DNA of 64,000 nt from an uncultured virus (IMG/VR IMGVR_UViG_3300042336_000327) (taxonomy: Duplodnaviria > Heunggongvirae > Uroviricota > Caudoviricetes). Where the stretch lies: positions 1-64,000 of the IMG/VR virus record IMGVR_UViG_3300042336_000327. One strand, 5' to 3'. The notes beneath the pieces were generated by a model that was not told where the DNA came from, searched no databases, and worked only from the letters and a program-made list of their open reading frames with translations. Below, in pieces: positions 56,656 through 64,000 of the stretch (positions are counted from its first letter, which is position 1; each line of letters begins with the position of its first letter). Both the position numbers and the translations under genes were made by a program.

Positions 56656-57090
56656 ATGACAAGTTCTACGAGATATACTGCTGCGGATCTTCCTGCTTTG
56701 ATGGAACGAATTACCCGCAATAGCATTGGAATGGATGAATACTTCGATCGTCTTTTTAATCTTCACGAAACTACAACGAACTACCCCCCATATAACCTAG
56801 TACAAATAAATAATGTTGAATCCCATCTGGAACTCGCATTAGCAGGATTCAAGAAAGGAGAGGTAAATGTTTTCACAGAGTATGGAAAACTTTTTGTCGA
56901 AGGGCAAAAAGCAGATGCCGAATCGGATAGGACGTTTATCCACAAGGGAGTGGCTAGCAGAAGTTTTAAAAGAGCGTGGACTTTATCCGACGACACAGAA
57001 GTCCGTGAAGTCACATTTGAAGACGGACTTCTACGGATCGTACTTGGGAAAATAGTGCCAGACCATCACGCTCGCAAGGACTATCTCTAA
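56656..57090 (+). CDS. hsp20: Small heat-shock protein Hsp20 (IbpA-like)
   Basis: NYPPYNL, LELALAGF, HKGVA.RSF.R.WTL and F.DGLL.I motifs; the SD AGGAG supports a start at 56656 rather than 56605. Confidence 0.95.
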   Translation: MTSSTRYTAADLPALMERITRNSIGMDEYFDRLFNLHETTTNYPPYNLVQINNVESHLELALAGFKKGEVNVFTEYGKLFVEGQKADAESDRTFIHKGVASRSFKRAWTLSDDTEVREVTFEDGLLRIVLGKIVPDHHARKDYL

Positions 57091-57093
57091 ATA
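57086..57093 (+). promoter_or_regulatory. Late promoter variant (TCTAAATA)
   Basis: Overlaps the hsp20 stop, 9 nt before the ATG at 57103. Confidence 0.5.
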
Positions 57094-57102
57094 AAAATAA
57101 AA

Positions 57103-57273
57103 ATGAAATCTTTCCACCAATTTCTTAATGAAATAAAGACTATTTCATATCCAGCAGCAAAAGCACATAAGGTTTATCATAAAGGAAGAGTGACTAATGT
57201 AGGTGCTGGAAGAGCAGTTCCTATTAATCCTGGAAGTGGTGCTGGTGATGGTGGTGGAGGTAATGGTGACTAA
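57103..57273 (+). CDS. Small protein with a capsid-targeting-like leader; not in the ORF track
   Basis: MKSFHQFLNEIKTISYPAAKAHKVYHKGRVTNVGAGRAVPINPGSGAGDGGGGNGD* (56 aa). Confidence 0.65.
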   Translation: MKSFHQFLNEIKTISYPAAKAHKVYHKGRVTNVGAGRAVPINPGSGAGDGGGGNGD

Positions 57274-57304
57274 ATATCTTTGAATATCGTCGGCGCTATG
57301 CCAC

Positions 57305-57344
57305 GGGAGGTAACTGGCAAAAACCAGTTGACACCTCCCTTTTT
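57305..57344 (+). terminator. Long hairpin terminator overlapping a promoter
   Basis: GGGAGGT-AACTGG-CAAAAA-CCAGTT-GAC-ACCTCCC-TTTTT. Confidence 0.75.
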
Positions 57345-57357
57345 AATTTGCTATAAT
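57328..57357 (+). promoter_or_regulatory. Sigma70-like promoter for the DNA polymerase operon
   Basis: TTGACA (57328-33), 18 nt, TATAAT (57352-57) with TGc extension; AAGGAG SD downstream. Confidence 0.75.
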
Positions 57358-57379
57358 AGTAAGGAGAAGTACTGAACGC

Positions 57380-57724
57380 ATGTCAATCAAATTAGTTATT
57401 CTGAAATCTGGGGAAACTGTTATTTCAGATGCAAAAGAGTTGATTGTTGAAGAAGATAAAATTGTTGGATATCTTCTAAACAATCCTTTTAAAATTACCA
57501 GTCAAAAGTCACTTCTTCTTACTGAAGAAGTGAAGGATAGTGATAGTATGGTCGAAATCACTATGTCTCCATGGATTCTTTTAACCTCTGATACTGCTAT
57601 TCCAATCAAACCTGATTGGGTGGTTACAGTTGTCGAGCCAATGGAATCTGTTAAGCAAATGTATGAGGAGAGAGTAAATGCCTTTAAACAACAAACAGAT
57701 CAAGGGACTTCTTCTGAAAGTTGA
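57380..57724 (+). CDS. Conserved hypothetical protein (Sm-like)
   Basis: MSIKLVILKSGE.VI, PW..L and DWVVT.VEP motifs; usual position before gp43. Confidence 0.78.
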   Translation: MSIKLVILKSGETVISDAKELIVEEDKIVGYLLNNPFKITSQKSLLLTEEVKDSDSMVEITMSPWILLTSDTAIPIKPDWVVTVVEPMESVKQMYEERVNAFKQQTDQGTSSES

Positions 57725-57938
57725 TAACGTAGTTATCTGTGAAGTCATTGAGGTTGAGGCAGAACCAGGGGAACCTAACTGCAAAATAATCAATCCATAT
57801 GAGTTCGTTGATGGTGAATTGGTTCCATGGCCAGAAGTATCTGGTCAAAATGAATTAATGCTTCGCTCCAGTGACATTCTTACTGTAGTTGAACCAAAAG
57901 AAGAAATTATTCAAAAGTATCTTGAACTAACTGCATAA
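57678..57938 (+). CDS. Conserved hypothetical protein (Sm-like)
   Basis: GEP.CK.INPY, L.PWP and SDILT.VEP motifs; TAATG coupling to gp43. Confidence 0.72.
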   Translation: MPLNNKQIKGLLLKVDNVVICEVIEVEAEPGEPNCKIINPYEFVDGELVPWPEVSGQNELMLRSSDILTVVEPKEEIIQKYLELTA

Positions 57939-60439
57939 TGCGATTTTATACTAACGTCCAGATGGTCGGGGATCACTTCTTGGTCCGTGGTTATGAAAAT
58001 GGAAAACATTTCATTACCCGTGAGAAGTTTAACCCGACTCTTTTTATCCCTGCAAATAAAAAAACAAAATATAAAACTCTTACGGGAGATTACGTGGATG
58101 AGATTCATCCTGGAACTGTCCGCGAATGTCGAGAGTTTATTAAAAAGTATGAGAATGTTGAGGGATTTAAAATTTATGGAAACGATAAGTACATCTATCA
58201 GTATATCTCTGAAACGTATCCTGAAGAAGAATTAAAGTTTGACATCAATAAAATTAAACTCACTACTCTTGATATTGAGGTTGCATCGGAGAATGGATTC
58301 CCTGATGTAGAGTCTGCTGCAGAGGAAGTTCTTCTTATCACAATTCAAGATTATGCTACGAAACGAATTCGTACCTGGGGTCTTGGACCTTTCAACAATC
58401 CAGGCAAAGATGTAGTCTATAAGCAGTTTTCTACTGAGTATGATTTATTGCATGATTTTATCAACTGGTGGATGATTGAAGAAAATACTCCAGAGGTGAT
58501 AACTGGATGGAATATCCAACTGTATGATATTCCATATCTTGCCCGTCGTTTAGATCGTGTTCTTGGCGAAAAATTGATGAAGAGATTATCTCCTTGGGGT
58601 CTTGTCACTGAGGATGAAGTGTATATTTCTGGACGTAAGCATATTTCTTATGATGTTGGTGGAATCACTCAACTGGACTATCTGGATTTGTATAAAAAAT
58701 TCACTTATACTAATCAAGAATCTTATCGTCTTGACCATATTGCAAATGTGGAATTGGGGCAGAAAAAACTTGACCACTCTGAGTTTGATACTTTTAAAGA
58801 CTTCTACACCAAGGGTTGGCAAAAATTTGTAGAGTATAACATTCTTGACGTGAAACTTGTTGATCGTCTGGAAGATAAGATGAAACTTATTGAACTTGCC
58901 GTGACAATGGCACTTGACGCAAAGGTCAATTTTGTCGATGTGTTTTTTCAAGTAAGAATGTGGGACAGTATCATTTACAATTATCTCAAGAAGAGAAACA
59001 TTGTAATTCCCCCAAAAGAACGTTCTGATAAGGATTCTAAGTATGCTGGTGCTTATGTTAAGGAACCGATTCCTGGAATGTATGATTGGGTGGTAAGTTT
59101 TGACTTGAACTCTCTGTACCCTCACCTGATTATGCAATACAACATCTCTCCAGAAACCCTTCTGGACGAGAGGCATCCAACTGTAACTGTTGATAAGATT
59201 CTAAATCAGGATCTTACCTTTGAGTTGTATAAAGATAAGGCAGTGTGTGCTAATGGAGCAATGTTCCGCAAAGATGTGCGTGGGTTCCTCCCAGAACTGA
59301 TGGAAAAAATCTATCAAGACCGCACTATCTACAAAAAGAAAATGCTTGCAGCAAAGCAAGAATATGAAAAGACTAAAAATAAGGAATTAGTTAAAGAGAT
59401 TGCTCGGTGTAACAATATCCAAATGGCGAGGAAGATTCAACTTAACTCTGCTTATGGTGCTATCGGCAATCAGTATTTCCGTTATTACAAATTAGCAAAC
59501 GCTGAGGCAATCACTTTGTCTGGTCAGGTTTCTATCCGTTGGATTGAGAACAAGATGAATGCCTATCTAAACAAAATTCTCAAGACAAAAGAGGTTGATT
59601 ATGTTATTGCTTCTGATACTGACTCCATTTATCTTGATATGGGTCCTCTGGTTGAAAGTGTATACAAGGGAAGAGAGAAAACTACTCAAAGCGTTGTTTC
59701 GTTCCTTGATAAGGTCGCTAAGGTGGAACTTGAGAAGTATATTGAAAGTTGCTACCAAGAACTGGCAGACTATGTGAATGCCTATGACCAGAAGATGCAG
59801 ATGAAGCGTGAGAACATTGCCGAGCGTGGAATCTGGACTGCTAAGAAGCGTTATATCCTCAATGTCTGGGATAGTGAAGGTGTTCGCTATGAAGAACCCA
59901 AACTCAAGATTATGGGAATTGAAGCAGTCAAATCTTCTACACCAGCACCTTGTCGCAAGATGATTAAGGATGGTCTCAAACTGATGATGAATGGAACTGA
60001 AGAAGAGGTGATTGAGTTTATTGATAAGTGTCGTGAAGAATTTAAAAGTCTTCCACCAGAACAAATTGCTTTTCCACGTACTGCTTCTGATGTTCGTAAG
60101 TATCATTCTTCTTCCAGCATTTATGCACCTAAAACTCCAATTCATATTCGTGGAGCACTTTTGTTTAACTACTACGTCAAAGACAAAAAACTCACTAATA
60201 AGTATTCATTAATCAATAATGGTGAGAAGGTTAAATACATTTTCTTAAAAAAACCAAATACTATTCAAGAAAACGTCATTTCATTCATTCAGGAATTTCC
60301 TAAGGAACTTGCTCTTGACAAATACATTGACTATGAATTACAATTTGAAAAGAGTTTCTTAGATCCACTCAAGTCAATCCTTGATACGATTGGATGGAAT
60401 GTGGAAAAAACTGTAAACCTTGAATTATTTTTTGCCTAA
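57938..60439 (+). CDS. gp43: Family B DNA polymerase gp43
   Basis: Exonuclease DIE, GWN and YN..DV motifs; polymerase SFDLNSLYP, K...NSAYG and SDTDS motifs; uninterrupted 833 aa. Confidence 0.98.
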   Translation: MRFYTNVQMVGDHFLVRGYENGKHFITREKFNPTLFIPANKKTKYKTLTGDYVDEIHPGTVRECREFIKKYENVEGFKIYGNDKYIYQYISETYPEEELKFDINKIKLTTLDIEVASENGFPDVESAAEEVLLITIQDYATKRIRTWGLGPFNNPGKDVVYKQFSTEYDLLHDFINWWMIEENTPEVITGWNIQLYDIPYLARRLDRVLGEKLMKRLSPWGLVTEDEVYISGRKHISYDVGGITQLDYLDLYKKFTYTNQESYRLDHIANVELGQKKLDHSEFDTFKDFYTKGWQKFVEYNILDVKLVDRLEDKMKLIELAVTMALDAKVNFVDVFFQVRMWDSIIYNYLKKRNIVIPPKERSDKDSKYAGAYVKEPIPGMYDWVVSFDLNSLYPHLIMQYNISPETLLDERHPTVTVDKILNQDLTFELYKDKAVCANGAMFRKDVRGFLPELMEKIYQDRTIYKKKMLAAKQEYEKTKNKELVKEIARCNNIQMARKIQLNSAYGAIGNQYFRYYKLANAEAITLSGQVSIRWIENKMNAYLNKILKTKEVDYVIASDTDSIYLDMGPLVESVYKGREKTTQSVVSFLDKVAKVELEKYIESCYQELADYVNAYDQKMQMKRENIAERGIWTAKKRYILNVWDSEGVRYEEPKLKIMGIEAVKSSTPAPCRKMIKDGLKLMMNGTEEEVIEFIDKCREEFKSLPPEQIAFPRTASDVRKYHSSSSIYAPKTPIHIRGALLFNYYVKDKKLTNKYSLINNGEKVKYIFLKKPNTIQENVISFIQEFPKELALDKYIDYELQFEKSFLDPLKSILDTIGWNVEKTVNLELFFA

Positions 60440-60603
60440 TGGATTTGCCTATTAACGACGAAGAGCTAAAGAAAATTGTCAGTGCTCTTGGATTTGGGGG
60501 AGATGCTGCTTTGTATCATAAACTAAAACTGGTAAAAGAACTTAGAGAACAGGGTTTACCTTATAAAAAAATACTTCGTGAAGAGTATGGGATGACAGTA
60601 TGA
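60439..60603 (+). CDS. Small hypothetical protein; not in the ORF track
   Basis: TAATG coupling; MDLPINDEELKKIVSALGFGGDAALYHKLKLVKELREQGLPYKKILREEYGMTV* (54 aa). Confidence 0.7.
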   Translation: MDLPINDEELKKIVSALGFGGDAALYHKLKLVKELREQGLPYKKILREEYGMTV

Positions 60604-60758
60604 TAACCCTTCCTATAAGTGAAAAAGAGTTGAACATTATTATTAATAGTTTAAAGGGGAATCATCCTGCTCTTTACTCTAAACTTTGGACTTATAAAAT
60701 GAATGATTTGAATACGGAAAAAAATAAGAATGAATTATCCATCAAACAAAATTATTAA
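60600..60758 (+). CDS. Small hypothetical protein, paralog of the preceding ORF; not in the ORF track
   Basis: ATGA coupling; MITLPISEKELNIIINSLKGNHPALYSKLWTYKMNDLNTEKNKNELSIKQNY* (52 aa). Confidence 0.6.
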   Translation: MITLPISEKELNIIINSLKGNHPALYSKLWTYKMNDLNTEKNKNELSIKQNY

Positions 60759-61386
60759 TGATTATATCATTTTAGATAATTTTGTACCAGTAAGTTTGCA
60801 AAATGAAATTGAAGAAATGCTACTCTCTTCAAATTTTCCTTGGTATATTTTTTCAGAGATTTGGTTGGGCGCTTCAACCCCACAAAATTTATTGAGTAAT
60901 AAAAATATATTAAATGCTTCTGGATTGGTGCATAATTTTGTAAATGAGGGACTGCCAGGATCCGAATATAGACATTCATTTATTTACATCTTACATTTTT
61001 TATCTAAGGAATTAAAATTTGATGTAAATGAGATTTTGAGGATAAGAGGAAGAACAACCTTTCAATATCCAGAATCAAATCATAATACTTTTTGTGGTCC
61101 GCATGTTGACTTTAGTATGCGTAACGATTACTATAGTCTAATATATTATGCCAATGATTCTGATGGAGACACCTTCTTATTTGAAGAAGAACGAACAGAT
61201 AAAGATTCAAATTTTCATCCAAATCTTTCAAACTTAAAAATAAGACAGAGGATAACTCCAAAAAAGGGAAGATTGTTATTATTTAATGGTAATATCCTAC
61301 ACGCTGGAAACTGCCCAATAAATTCACAAGTTAGGTGTGTTATAAATTATGATTTTACCGCTTCAAAAAACTACTATGGTAATTAA
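60730..61386 (+). CDS. 2OG-Fe(II) oxygenase superfamily protein
   Basis: HxD (PHVD), IYY.NDSDGDT.LF, PKKGR..LF.G...HAG and distal R.VIN motifs. Confidence 0.85.
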   Translation: MNYPSNKIINDYIILDNFVPVSLQNEIEEMLLSSNFPWYIFSEIWLGASTPQNLLSNKNILNASGLVHNFVNEGLPGSEYRHSFIYILHFLSKELKFDVNEILRIRGRTTFQYPESNHNTFCGPHVDFSMRNDYYSLIYYANDSDGDTFLFEEERTDKDSNFHPNLSNLKIRQRITPKKGRLLLFNGNILHAGNCPINSQVRCVINYDFTASKNYYGN

Positions 61387-61388
61387 TT

Positions 61389-62396
61389 ATGGATTTTCTT
61401 AAAGAAATTGTAAAAGAGGTTGGTGGTGAATACACCAAACTTGCTTCCGATATTGATGAGACTGAGACTTATGTTGACACGGGTTCGTACATTTTTAACG
61501 CACTGGTTTCAGGTAGCATATTTGGCGGTGTATCTGGCAATAAGATTACTGCTATTGCTGGAGAGTCTAGTACTGGAAAGACTTTCTTTTCTCTCGCTGT
61601 GGTTAAGAATTTTCTTGATAATAACCCCGATGGTTATTGTCTCTACTTTGATACTGAAGCCGCTATTACCAAATCACTCTTGGAGTCACGCGGCATCGAC
61701 ACATCTCGTCTTGTCGTGGTTAATGTTGTCACCGTAGAAGAGTTTCGTGGAAAAGCACTCAAGGCAGTAGATATTTACTTAAAAAAACCTGAAGGAGAAC
61801 GCAAACCTTGTATGTTTGTGCTAGACTCTTTGGGTATGCTTTCAACCGAGAAAGAGATTACCGATGCACTGAATGATAAACAAGTTCGTGATATGACTAA
61901 ATCACAACTTGTCAAAGGTGCTTTCCGTATGCTCACTCTCAAGTTGGGTCAGGCAAACATTCCAATGATTGTAACCAATCACACTTACGATGTCATCGGT
62001 GCTTATGTTCCTACTAAGGAGATGGGAGGTGGCAGCGGTCTTAAGTACGCCGCTTCTACTATCATATATCTTAGTAAGTCTAAGGAAAAGGATGGAAAAG
62101 AAGTCATTGGAAACATTATCAAGGCAAAGACTGCTAAGTCGCGTTTGAGTAAGGAGAATCAACAAGTTGAAGTCCGTTTATTTTATGATGAGCGCGGTCT
62201 TGATCGCTATTATGGTCTTCTGGAACTCGGGGAACTCGCTGGACTCTGGAAGAATGTTGCGGGGCGTTATGAAATTAATGGCAAAAAACTTTATGCGAAA
62301 GAAATCCTAAAAAATCCCGACCAGTATTTTACCGAAGAAGTAATGCAGCAACTTGATGCTGCCGCGAAACAACAATTCTCTTATGGAACGAATTGA
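61389..62396 (+). CDS. uvsX: RecA-like recombinase UvsX
   Basis: DTGSY..NAL.SG, AGESSTGKT, YFDTE, DSLG, NHTY and GGSGLKYAAS motifs. Confidence 0.96.
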   Translation: MDFLKEIVKEVGGEYTKLASDIDETETYVDTGSYIFNALVSGSIFGGVSGNKITAIAGESSTGKTFFSLAVVKNFLDNNPDGYCLYFDTEAAITKSLLESRGIDTSRLVVVNVVTVEEFRGKALKAVDIYLKKPEGERKPCMFVLDSLGMLSTEKEITDALNDKQVRDMTKSQLVKGAFRMLTLKLGQANIPMIVTNHTYDVIGAYVPTKEMGGGSGLKYAASTIIYLSKSKEKDGKEVIGNIIKAKTAKSRLSKENQQVEVRLFYDERGLDRYYGLLELGELAGLWKNVAGRYEINGKKLYAKEILKNPDQYFTEEVMQQLDAAAKQQFSYGTN

Positions 62397-63762
62397 GACA
62401 ACTATTCTCAGAAACTTAGTATTTAATGAAGACTACTCACGCAAGGTCATTCCTTTCATACAACCAGATTATTTTGAGCAAAAGACGGAAAAGATCATTT
62501 TTGAGGAGATTGTTCAATTCATTGTTAAGTATGGTTCAGCAATCACGATTGAAGCACTCAATATTGAGGTAGAGAATCGCACAGATCTCAATGAAACTGA
62601 AGTCAAAGAGATTCGAGAAATCAATTCGTTTTTAAATGATGCTCCTGTAGAAAAGCAATGGTTACTTGATACTACTGAAAAGTGGTGTCGTGACCGTGCC
62701 ATTTACTTGGCACTTATGGAGTCAATTCATATTGCTGATGGAAATAATGATAAGAAAAATCGTGATGCGATTCCAAGCATTCTTTCTGATGCTCTAGCAG
62801 TATCGTTTGATAATAATATCGGACACGATTATCTTCAGAACTATGAGGAGCGATATGAGTTTTATCACCGTAAAGAAGATAAGATCGAGTTTGATCTGGA
62901 ATATTTCAACAAAATCACAAAGGGTGGGCTCCCTAATAAGACTCTCAATATCGCTCTCGCTGGGACGGGCGTTGGGAAATCGCTATTCATGTGTCATTTG
63001 GCTGCTTCCGTCTTACTGCAAGGCAGGTCCGTTCTCTATATCACTCTTGAAATGGCAGAAGAGCGAATTGCAGAGAGGATTGATGCGAACCTTCTCAATG
63101 TACCGATTCAGCAACTGGTTGATCTCCCACGTTCGACATTCGAGAACAAAGTAAATAGTATTGCAAAGAAGACACAAGGTTCTTTGGTCATCAAAGAATA
63201 CCCAACTGCTTCTGCTCATTCAGGACACTTTAAAGCACTTCTCAATGAACTTGCTCTCAAGAAGTCATTTAGACCTGATATTATTTTCATTGATTACCTT
63301 AATATATGTGCTTCCAGCAGGTATAAGTCAAACCTTTCTGTCAATTCATATTCGTACATTAAGGCAATTGCTGAAGAACTTCGCGGTTTGGCAGTGGAAT
63401 TCAATGTTCCCATTGTCTCTGCTACCCAGACTACTCGCAGTGGTTATGGGAACTCTGATGTTGAACTTACTGATACTAGTGAGTCCTTTGGTCTCCCTGC
63501 TACTGCTGACCTTATGTTTGCCCTTATTAGCACTGAAGAACTTGAACAGTTGGGACAGATTATGGTGAAGCAATTGAAGAACCGTTATAATGACCCCACT
63601 ATCTACAAGCGTTTTATTGTGGGTATTGACCGTGCTAAAATGAGACTGTATGATTGCGAACAGTCAGCACAAAAAGATATACTTGACTCTGGAAACGAAG
63701 ACGAGTATAATGATAACGAAGACAAGAAACCTAAAAAGTCGTTTGAAGGATTTAAATTTTAA
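62383..63762 (+). CDS. gp41: Replicative helicase gp41 (DnaB-like)
   Basis: LAGTGVGKS, TLEMAEE, IDYLNI, SATQT, SESFGLP.TAD and KQLKNRY motifs; likely start at MERIE (62383). Confidence 0.96.
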   Translation: MERIETTILRNLVFNEDYSRKVIPFIQPDYFEQKTEKIIFEEIVQFIVKYGSAITIEALNIEVENRTDLNETEVKEIREINSFLNDAPVEKQWLLDTTEKWCRDRAIYLALMESIHIADGNNDKKNRDAIPSILSDALAVSFDNNIGHDYLQNYEERYEFYHRKEDKIEFDLEYFNKITKGGLPNKTLNIALAGTGVGKSLFMCHLAASVLLQGRSVLYITLEMAEERIAERIDANLLNVPIQQLVDLPRSTFENKVNSIAKKTQGSLVIKEYPTASAHSGHFKALLNELALKKSFRPDIIFIDYLNICASSRYKSNLSVNSYSYIKAIAEELRGLAVEFNVPIVSATQTTRSGYGNSDVELTDTSESFGLPATADLMFALISTEELEQLGQIMVKQLKNRYNDPTIYKRFIVGIDRAKMRLYDCEQSAQKDILDSGNEDEYNDNEDKKPKKSFEGFKF

Positions 63763-64000
63763 TGGAAACTGCTAAACACGTAGATTTTGATAAGTATGCT
63801 GAGTTTGTGGATGCTGTAACTTCTGATGCATCCAAAGACTTTCTTTCTCTATCTGATCGCCTTGTTGCTCTTGATGAGAAAGGTGCCAATATTGAGCGTC
63901 TCCTGACTGCTGCTGTTGGTATTAATGCCGAAGGTGGTGAGTTTATGGAAATCGTGAAGAAAATGATTTTCCAAGGCAAACCCTTCAATGAAGATAATCG
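63762..64000 (+). CDS. mazG: MazG-like nucleotide pyrophosphohydrolase, 3'-truncated
   Basis: My translation: METAKHVDFDKYAEFVDAVTS...RLLTAAVGINAEGGEFMEIVKKMIFQGKP; TAATG coupling to gp41; conserved position. Confidence 0.88.
   Translation, partial: METAKHVDFDKYAEFVDAVTSDASKDFLSLSDRLVALDEKGANIERLLTAAVGINAEGGEFMEIVKKMIFQGKPFNEDN

Noticed and set aside
29521..63762. Possible introns, inteins or homing endonucleases in gp17, gp20, gp23, uvsW, gp46, gp43, uvsX and gp41
   Set aside because: All are of ordinary length and uninterrupted; I saw no intein, LAGLIDADG, GIY-YIG or HNH motifs.
1864..63988. Many minus-strand and alternate-frame ORFs of 60-199 aa in the ORF track (e.g. 19209..19760, 47836..48435, 58586..59176, 63752..63988)
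   Set aside because: They overlap well-supported + strand genes, lack recognisable motifs, and are the antisense shadows expected from codon bias.
1..64000. tRNA, rRNA, CRISPR array, DGR/reverse transcriptase, alternative genetic code
   Set aside because: Intergenic gaps are short and show no cloverleaf or repeat-spacer pattern; there is no RT gene; core genes translate full length with the standard code.

Overview
This window is a 64-kb segment of a T4-like myovirus genome, most likely a cyanophage of the Kyanoviridae type. The host assignment is inferred from gene order and protein style; no psbA, hli or cpeT gene lies in the window. All real genes are on the + strand. 1-40.4 kb holds the virion genes: a giant baseplate wedge protein (gp7-like, 5'-truncated), gp8, a VrlC-like protein, a fiber, neck gp13/gp14, gp15, terminase gp16/gp17, sheath gp18, tube gp19, portal gp20, protease gp21, scaffold gp22, capsid gp23 and gp3. 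40.4-64 kb holds recombination, replication and transcription genes: uvsY, uvsW, gp55, gp47/46, a vWA-peptidase plus CobS/MoxR pair, gp45, denV-like, gp44, dam, gp62, regA, hsp20, gp43, a 2OG-Fe(II) oxygenase, uvsX, gp41 and mazG (3'-truncated). I saw no tRNA, rRNA, CRISPR array, intron, intein or IS element. Main observations: (1) a ~155-aa helical insertion in the baseplate protein aligns by eye with beta-phycobiliproteins and keeps both bilin-attachment cysteines; (2) several late-promoter genes carry T4-type capsid-targeting sequences, and one is a modular polyprotein with apparent prohead-protease sites; (3) a ROSE-like thermometer sits before hsp20, a candidate small RNA follows it, and a repeated early-promoter motif occurs three times; (4) several small ORFs were missed by the ORF track. 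All homology calls come from motif recognition and recalled reference sequences, not database searches.
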